DNA from: Octopus vulgaris
Lineage: Eukaryota
NCBI GenBank assembly: GCA_951406725.2
Contig: OX597824.1
Coordinates: 49,042,001 to 49,106,000, forward strand
DNA: 64,000 nucleotides
Direction of reading: 5' to 3'
Within the stretch, counting starts at the first letter, position 1. Every line of letters begins with the position of its first letter. The translations under genes were made by a program, and so were the position numbers. The notes beneath the pieces were generated by a model. It had not been told where the DNA came from. It was given only the letters and a program-made list of their open reading frames with translations, and made no database searches. This document shows positions 55,059-64,000 of the stretch, in pieces.

Positions 55059-57380
55059 CAAAGTAATAATTATATTATAGAAATAATAAAAAGAAATGCA
55101 ATAAGAAAACAGAATGTAAAAAGTGAGAGAAGACTACCTCCAAAATTTATACCTCCAAAATTTATACAACTATTTTTCCCTAACAAAATTTATTTGCAAA
55201 CAACTCTAATAGTATATTTAATGTGTCTGAGGTGGAGAGTTGACATTCAGAGGTTTCAATGAACAATACATGGAATAATTTTAAAATTTGTAAATTTCAT
55301 ACTATTCATGTTGCAATAGAAGAAAAAAAGAAAAAGAACATCGGTCTCTTTCTCATTATCACAGAAAATAGTCAAGAAGGAAGACTGCAGTTCACAGATC
55401 TTAGCGGCCTTTTACAGATTACTGAATCAGCATAGATGGAATTGTTATATGCTAGTGAGAAAAAAAAGAAGACAAGAAGTAGAAAAATAATTCTAAAAGG
55501 TCTAGTGAAGCAAGCTGAATGAGTGGCGAGATGGGGATCACTAACAAGCTGCAATTTCAGTGATAAATCAAGTGAGTGGAGCCCATTAATAAACAACTTT
55601 GCCAGAAGTCTAACATGTATCTATGTATATATGTGTGTATGTGTGTACATCCACACACACAATCATAAAATTTTGTTAACAAGAGCAGAAAATGAAATGA
55701 CATTTCTGATGATTCTAAGCTTGATTCTATATTGCAGATTTTATAATTGAATGCAGGACAAGCAAAGATACTATTATAAGTAATTACATACAATTATTTC
55801 TGTCATCTTAGACATATTCATTTCTCTTATTGTGGAGTAGACAACATAGTTGAGCAAATTTGTCTCATGATAGAGAAATTGGAAGGATTACTCTTTAGAT
55901 ACTTAGTAATTTAATATCTATGGTGATCATACTTAGTGAAGTATCTAAAAAAAGAGAATTGAATTTGTGTGAGAAAAATGTCCAAGGTGACATTTAATGT
56001 ATATGGCCAATAAAATAACTGATTACTGACACTACTTTGAAATTTCTCAGAACTGAGACTACAGAAAGGTAGGGAGAAACTTCCATGGCAAAAGAACCAG
56101 AAAACTTGGTCATAATTGGAAAAGGGTGAAACATTACGAGCATTTACCCAAATGGATTGACTGAGTAAGTGTGGTAGTAATAGCAGAACAAACTTAGTCA
56201 AGTTTTGTTGGTTTATGAGATTTGGTAGTGTGGGACTAAAAAAATTTACATAACTGCATGCATCAGAATAATTAGATTTTTTTAACCCTTTAGCATTTAA
56301 ACTGGCTATATTCAGCCCAAATATTTTACTTGGTTCTATGTTCAGACAAACTAGATCTGGCCTCTTACACCTACCTTACAATGTCATTATAAAAACAATC
56401 AGATCATCAAAGTCTCAAAGCTTCAAGATAATGCATGATTAATTCAAAACAATGCAAATAAATAAGTATTACATTTGACAGGATAATCTGAGTGCTTAAG
56501 GGCTAAAGCTGCATGCCAATAAATTTCAAATCGGACTTATTTCCTGCTAGTCTGAGACAAGCAATATCATGTCAAACAGTGTAATAATGTTATCAGCAGG
56601 TGTATCAGCTTATTGATTATAAGTCAATAGTTCAACACATTCTATGATGGAATATTACACTTCACTTTATTTTCAAGTCATATATTAAAGACTTCTGATA
56701 TAAAGTATTGCTAGAGTAAAAAATAACAATTTAAATCAAATTTTATTCAGGTTTCAATAATGTATCAAAGTATGTGAAATAGATTATCAGTTTCTAAAGC
56801 TAATGTACAGTTTCCATCAATATCAAGTTCAAATAAATAATGTGAGATCACATTTTAATTACATTTCATATAACTTATTCTAAAGTTCTCAAGCCTATTT
56901 TGAAAAGTATTATTCATTAACTAATTTCAATAAATTTTCTTGTTATTTAATAGAATTTTCATTATTTGAATACAATTTATATCATTTTTATAGGTTGTTG
57001 AAATTAAACATCTTATTTCACAAGTAATCATTAAATATGAAAGTATTAAATCAGCAGCCCAGTGTTGGTTAAAATTAAAATAAAATAAAAACTAAGATAA
57101 ATAAATAAGTCATTGTAAAGAACTGCATGCACTAAGGAACTACACTGAATTTTTTTCTATTACTGTCTAAATTAACAAAATAATCAACTACTTAAATAAC
57201 CTCAACATATAATAAAATATACAATTTTGAGTATTTCTAAACAGCCATCACTGAAGAAGACTTTACTGAGATCTGTTAAGAACCAGCTAAAAGTACAAAA
57301 GGAATCTATATGGAAACATCAAGAAATCTACCAAAATAAAGTAAGAAAATCATATACATTGAAAAGATCGATCATCTTAC

Positions 57381-57449
57381 CCCATCTACTGACCAACAAA
57401 TGATCTAACGGCTGGCGTGAACTCTTGAGACATCTCTTTCTTTTCAATT
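57381..57449 (-). CDS. PPP4R3: Candidate alternative (cassette) PPP4R3 exon, 69 nt
   Basis: Pyrimidine-rich acceptor ...ttcctctgttcattcgctcatag| and donor G|gtaaga; phase 1-1 like the host intron; stop-free: (E)LKRKRCLKSSRQPLDHLLVSRW. No homology or transcript support available to me. Confidence 0.5.
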
Positions 57450-58949
57450 CTATGAGCGAATGAACAGAGGAAATATCTCAATCTTGGACAAATAAAAGTT
57501 AACCAACAAGAGGAAAGAAAGAAAAGAAAAAACATTAAACACATGAACTAGCCTACATTAACCATGGATAAAAAAGCAAGTACCAACACTAAAGGCTGTC
57601 TTTTTCTTCTTTTATAAAACCTACTCAAAATTAAACCAAATCAACTGCAAGAGAGATAAGAACAGTAGAATAACAAATCAGAAATATATAATTTCATATC
57701 TTTAAATCAAAACTTTGTTTTTATAAACCAAGACATTCTCAGAAGACAAATATTGTTCAATACCAATGATCTAAAACAGATTCACTAATATTCTAAGTAA
57801 AACAAAATATAAAGTGAAAAGAAACCAGCTACTTTCAGATTTATTGCCAATCAAAAAGAGAGCAGTTTAATAAATAGAAAATTTCAGTTAACAAACTTTG
57901 TGTGTGTGTGTGTGTGTGTGAAGGAGAGATGGAGAGAGAGAGAGAGATTAGAAAATTTATATTAAAGCCTTATGCGCACAATGATTTTTTTATTTCTTGT
58001 AATCATGAATTCTCTGAAATATCCAATAGAGGTAAATTTTGTGATTTAAGGTCTAATTAGAAATGTTACCTAACCAATAATTCCAGTTTATAAATGCAAA
58101 TAATAAAGTTTCAGTAAACTACTGTATTAATAAAATTTCAACTAGAATTTATGTTAATCACTTTACTCCATATAAATTTAATCTAAGGCATAAACAAATA
58201 CTGAAATCCAAAAGTAAATAATAACCAAAGAAGTTGGTTAAAATCTTAAACAGAAAAAAGAACACATGTTCATGAGCATAAAAGTGTTCAAATTATTCCA
58301 AAATCAGATAAATTTTCTTTGAGAAAAGTTTTCAACAAATTTATCACTTATAGTTCAAATAGGAAAGAGAAGGGACACTGTTGTCTACAATTTTCTTTTT
58401 TGTTTTATCTAAGCTTAAATCTTCTGATAGAGTTGTCTAAAGAAAGATCTATTATAACCATTATTTTTGTTTTTTTATCTTTTAATTAAGAGATGGTAAC
58501 AATTTTATTAAAGCTATACAAAACACAGGGGTTTTCATGGCAAAAATATTCTGCTTTGAGAAAATATGTTCTCAAAACATCAAAGACTGTAATAGCAGTA
58601 CAAAAGATGCAACAAGCTCTGGAAGGCCAACAGAGCAGGATTGTTTCTTAGTTGTTGTTAGAAAACTGACACAGTAGCTCAATTCATCTTAACCATCATT
58701 CATCCATTTGCAAGATCTTGTTAAAATGGTTAAGTGAACGCTACATGTTTTGCAAGTTGATTTGAATGTGTAAAAATTTTAAGTTAACTCTTGCTTTTGT
58801 TCTTTTAATTATAAAATATTGTTACACTTCTAAAGTATTGAGCACTACAAAGAATTTGTACAAGAAAATCATTAACCTATATATACAGCCAAGGCAAATA
58901 TCCACTGTAAGGTTTTGTTAGGTACTAAGTGGGGAAAAGTTAATTTAAA

Positions 58950-59170
58950 ATATTTATTTCTTTATTGCCCACAAGGAGCTAATCATAGAGGGGACAAACA
59001 AGGACAATGGGATTAAGTCAATTACATCGAATAACTGGTACTTATTCAATCAACCCTGAAAGGATGAAAGGCAAAGTCAACCTCAGCGGAATTTGAACTC
59101 AGAACGTAGTGACAGACGAAATACCGCTAAGCATTTCGCCCGGTGTAATAACGATTCTGCCAGCTCACCT
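58950..59170 (-). mobile_element. Second tRNA-derived SINE family
   Basis: Reverse strand ggtgagctggcagaatcgtta...gagttcaaattccgctgagg (A/B boxes); copies at about 8690 (+), 14030 (-) and 23380 (+). Confidence 0.8.
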
Positions 59171-59804
59171 AGCCATACAATAACAAAGGAAGCTTACTAT
59201 CAATAACTAAACATTACTTCTAGCTTTAAAAAAAGAGTAAGATGAAGGACAAGCCTTCATAACATTAGAATCACAAATAGGAACAATACAAATACTTCCT
59301 TGAAGAAAAGTTCCATTTTTACAATGTTCTGTTAATTCAGATTATCTATCTAGGAGTCAGAAATATAATCTAACTGATTAATATCCTGCTTCTTTAACTG
59401 ACAAAACCACTTGCACAATTTTTGCCTAGAAACTGTATGAAATTATAATCATCATATTAAAAATATTTTTGAATTTTTGGTAGAGAGCCATGAATATAAA
59501 AAAAATTTCTCAGATTGTCATTTTAAATCATGATGTGAAACCACCACAAAAATATATAATAGCAACTGAACTGTAGCATGCAACATACGTACACATAAAA
59601 CTTCTACACTGTACTAATAAAATATGCTAAAACGTATACACATGCAGAAAAATTTACTGACTAAGCAAAAATTAAAATATGGATTTATTTGGAGGCAGGG
59701 GTGGGGGGGAAGGCAACAAACTGAACATCAGAGGCAATACAAATCATTAAGAAACTTTAATAACTAAAGCAATAAATATAAAGAATTTTATAAAGTGATC
59801 TTAC

Positions 59805-59859
59805 CTGGATCCGTATCATTGATCATCTGTTCGATGACCAAGTTGATTAATAAGTCTTC
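59805..59859 (-). CDS. PPP4R3: PPP4R3 exon
   Basis: tttcag|...|gtaag; EDLLINLVIEQMINDTDP; phase 0-1. Confidence 0.96.
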
Positions 59860-60171
59860 CTGAAAAAGTAAAATTGCCATATAAACATTTTCATTTTCCA
59901 AACACAATATCACAGGCAAATATTCTACTTTTTTTTCATTCAAATGTCTATCAATAATTCTTAAAGATTAGCATTATGAATCAATAATATAAATGCATAT
60001 TATGAACAAATTATTTTACTATAGCATGAAAGTTTTTGTTACCTAAAAAAAAAAATACCAAAATTTTTGGTTATTTATATATCTGAAATATGTTCTTTAT
60101 AAATAAAATTGTAATAAAATCTTCACATTTATGAAACAAAACAAGCTGAATTCACATGGAAATTTTCTTAC

Positions 60172-60288
60172 ATCATCTTGACTTTGTCCTTCCAGAAGAA
60201 TGAATTCACGAACCATGGACGGACTGAACTCCACTATATAGGAAAATATGTCAATGGCTGCTGTTTTCATCTGCTCGTCATCTAATCC
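60172..60288 (-). CDS. PPP4R3: PPP4R3 exon
   Basis: ttttag|...|gtaag; [39 protein letters not shown]; phase 0-0. Confidence 0.96.
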
Positions 60289-61772
60289 CTAAAATTGAAA
60301 TTACATTCTATGATAACAAAAAACTGAGTTTTGCTATTTTTATAGATAATAAAGATAATTTTAGCTTGAACACATTAAATACTTCATTAATAAAGTAAAG
60401 AAATTTTCTCCAAATTTGAAGAAAATCTATTTAGCATTTACTAATTTCATAGAAAAATACCAATTGTAGCATATACAATTTTATCCATAACACTAAAAAC
60501 AATAAAGATTAATATTAACTATTTCTACAACAATCAACTATATAAGCCAATAAAATACAGGTAGCAAGACATCATCATTATTATTTAACATCTGTCTTCC
60601 ATGTTGGCATGCATAGGCTGGTTCAACAAGATCCAACAAGTTGGAGGACTGCATTGTGCTCCAATGTCTGTTTGGCATGGTTTCACAACTGGATACACTT
60701 TCACCAACCACTTTAGTGTATTTGGTGCTTTTCTTGTGACACCAGCATTAGAGAGGTTGCCACATAACTCACAAGACTAAAGAGCTTTGTTCTGAGGCAG
60801 CTTTATACTAAGTGTTGAGAGGAAGGAAGAACACACATATTTCTTGGAACAGGAAACTGTGCAATTAAAGTAGAATTTTTATATACTACAAAGATGAAAA
60901 ATTAAGAAGCAGTGGGATACACAGTGAAAATATATTAAAATAACACACCACTACTTAGAAATCACCTAAAGAATACAAAATTTATGGAGGGGGGGATATT
61001 CCCTTTAAACCACACTCAGTTTACACCAAAAAGTGCATATTAAAGTATTCATATTCCAATTGAAGTCTTGTTTAATGAATCGCCTAGCTGCCACCCATGT
61101 CGGTGACACGTAAAAGCACCAACCGATCGTGGCCGTTTGCCCACCTGCTCTGGCCCCTGTGCCGGTGGCACGTAAAAAACACCCACTACACTCACTTTCT
61201 TAACTAACAATTCTTAACTTAACAATTCTCTTAAATTAATTAATATTGCATATACTATGAACAAAGTTCACTGTCTTGTATATTCTAAGTTATTTAGTAT
61301 TCATGAATCCACAACAAATATTAATACGATTGTTGTCAACATACACAACATACCTAACTTTCTCACTGACAACATTAAAACATATGAGATACCACATCTT
61401 ATTTGCTCAACACTCCAAAGAGTGTTTTATTTTGTTCTAAGTATCCCATTTGCAGATTTCTGAGTAGAAATATAGTACCATGATAACAGACATGAGTAAA
61501 ATCGTTAATGAATCTACCACTTTCACATAGTTCATTAACTTGAAATTCATTTATCATTGCAGCAATTGACTATGGCATTATTATGCCCATCAGTTTAATT
61601 ACATTTCTTATGCCATTAGCAGGTTTAACTAATATTTATTGTCTAATCACTTTCAGCTGATTTTACTATTGTTCTAATAAAGACTATGATACCAAGGAAA
61701 TAAAATTTAATTTCATTTGTTTTTAATTCAATAGAAAATAGTATAACAACTTTCAAAAAAAGTCCTACTTAC

Positions 61773-61817
61773 CAAAATAATTTCAATGGCTGACAGAATT
61801 CCAAGATTAGATAAAGT
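61773..61817 (-). CDS. PPP4R3: PPP4R3 small exon (45 nt)
   Basis: cacag|...|gtaagt; TLSNLGILSAIEIIL, matching the recalled vertebrate TLSNMGILPALEVIL; phase 0-0. Confidence 0.93.
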
Positions 61818-62707
61818 CTGTGAGGAAGAAATATTATATTGGAATTAGTATTGAAACAACAGAGTAATAAAATATAAAAGGAAACTCCCCAATTCAAATA
61901 ATCCTTTTTACACCAACTCATCTAAGACTGCTTCTAGTTCTCTATGATATAATCTTTTTTCTAAGTTATCTATATTAAAACCTTCCATCAAACTTTCAAG
62001 TTTGTTTGTTTAAAATACCAACTTAATAATGACAATTATTTTACTAAATTCATTATTTTCAAATTAATTCAAACATAGGCAATGTATTGCAACAGAAAAA
62101 TAACAACAAAAGGTATAAGAAATAAATTATACAAAATTCCTAGTGAGGAACAAATGAAAACATGCAACTACACTATTATATAGCAAATACTGCTTGGTAA
62201 AATTATGTTCATTCTGTTTGCTGCATTAAAGAAATATGCTATTTTGATCGCCATTTTTATATTGTTGTGCATACAACCAGGAAAGAAGAAAGAATTATTG
62301 ATTTTTGAAGAAAACGTTTTAAATTAGATCCTCTTGCTTATAGAATGCCTGAAATTTTATACATGTTTTAACTGATATAAAATTAAACAGTTCATAATAA
62401 TGTTTCCAATAATTTTCAGTATTTAAACTAAACATATAAAAATGTTATAAAAATACCAAATTATCTCAAACATGAAATAATTGCTGAGTAGAAAAGAAAA
62501 ACACTAAATGCTAAAATAGCCTTAGATATATTCATTTGGCATATACTTATATATTAAGTATACTATACAATCCCACAAACATGGGTCAATATTTTGTTTT
62601 CATTTTTACTCATCTGTAATAAACAAAAAACTTAACCCAAAGCATTTAAAACAATAGTTATTGTGTTTTTTTTATTAAACTTTATGTTCAAATGATAAAA
62701 TATTTAC

Positions 62708-62857
62708 CTTAAAAAAGGAGTCCCTGTTTTGTGGTTGTAATGTTTGAGAAAATGTACAAAATTCTTTAAGGAAAAGAACTAATTCTCTTCTTTTTTCATC
62801 ATCTGTTTCATCATCAGTAAGTTGAGTGAATAAACTATTTAAGAATTTTTCATCTTC
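62708..62857 (-). CDS. PPP4R3: PPP4R3 exon (most 5' exon in window)
   Basis: cag|...|gtaaat; [50 protein letters not shown]; phase 0-0. Upstream exons lie beyond 64000. Confidence 0.96.
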
Positions 62858-63093
62858 CTGTATATCAAACCAAGAAAAAACAATTCCATCAAAATGTTTC
62901 AGAGATATGAATGAATATGGTTCTCAAGAATTCTTTTAGATAACAACTGTCTTTTATTAAAACACCAAAATACTAAACCATGTAATACATAAGTTATTTA
63001 ACTCTTTGATACCAACCAACCTGAGAGTGCCCCCAGTTCTATGATGCAAACTTCCTTTTTTAAAGTGGTCTAAATTAAAAACTTCTATCAATA

Positions 63094-64000
63094 CACTGAA
63101 CCGCAAAAGAAACGCAAGACATGTGTGACTGTGAAATATATTTTAATTTCATTATGTCAGAAATAAATTTTGATAAATCTGATGAAGTCAATTTCTTGGA
63201 AGCATTTTGACCACAGTCTATAAGTTGTTGTCATGCGTTCTGGTAGTGGGTGGATCCAGCACATCAAGATTGTATGGCGTGACATGTTCAATACTTTGCA
63301 TACCCTCCCTGGGTGTTCAAAACAGCCATACACCATTGGTACATGGAGTGCACGAGGCAGTTCACAAAAGCCATTGGCACCTGTGCCTACACCCTGAGGA
63401 AAGCTGCTTCCAGTTCCACACAAGCTGTCAGCCTTTGGCCCACCTGATTCATCTATCTCTGGATTTCGTCCCACAAGTGTTCAGTTGGGTTCAAATCCAG
63501 GCCGAGACCTAGCCACAGCATTAATTATCCTACTGGAACACATGGCTATGGTGACATGAAAAGGCACAATGTGAGGTCTAATGATCTGGTCAACATAACA
63601 CTGCACTGTGACACCAGTCCCTCTGCCTGCACCAACATTTTGGAATACATGGGACCCAATTTTTTGATTCAGGCCTATAAAACCCCAAACCATGATGCTT
63701 TGGCCACCCTGCACATCTCTTTTCATGACACGTGTCTCTGTAGCGTTCATCCCTCCTACACCGCACCCTCACTCTGCCATCCAAGCTGGAAACGCAGTAC
63801 CAGCTCTCTTCAGAGAAGACTATCAACTTCCATTGTTGACGCTGCCAATGTTGGTTCTGTGTAGCCCACTGTAGTTGTGCTGAATGGTGGTGGGCAGTGA
63901 GGGCAGCCCCCCGCCCCCCCTCTGAGTAGGACGACAGCAATGCAGGTTGTTGGTAGCCAGTCAATGTTGTACTATGTTGTCGTTGATGGGTTGCTGTCCA
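63094..64000 (-). mobile_element. Tc1-like (DD34E-type) transposon, degraded, runs off the window
   Basis: TA|CACTGAACCGCAAAAGAAACG terminus; broken ORF IVFSEESWY..DGRVRV, GGQSIMVWGFIG, DLNPTEHLWDEIQR. Confidence 0.85.

Overview
AT-rich, repeat-dense eukaryotic DNA. The repeat landscape (tRNA-derived SINEs, RTE LINEs with (CAT)n tails, long (TA)n/(TG)n runs) resembles an octopus/coleoid cephalopod; this is an inference. Two intron-rich housekeeping genes converge tail-to-tail. On +, I traced the last four coding exons of the CCA-adding tRNA nucleotidyltransferase TRNT1 (8202-27996). On -, I traced the last twelve coding exons of the PP4 regulatory subunit PPP4R3/SMEK (62857 down to 31708). 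All exons have GT-AG junctions with consistent phases, and both 5' ends lie outside the window. Introns hold RTE, CR1, Tx1/L1-like and Penelope-like retroelement remnants, a young near-intact mariner, Tc1 and Chapaev3-like remnants, non-autonomous Helitrons, MITEs and several long fold-backs. Most ORFs in the supplied track are spurious or transposon fragments. I found no clear new multi-gene system. The best leads are a frame-preserving 69-nt cassette exon candidate in PPP4R3 (57381-57449), an inverted repeat between the two genes' 3' ends (28060-28641), and long intronic hairpins that could be A-to-I editing substrates.
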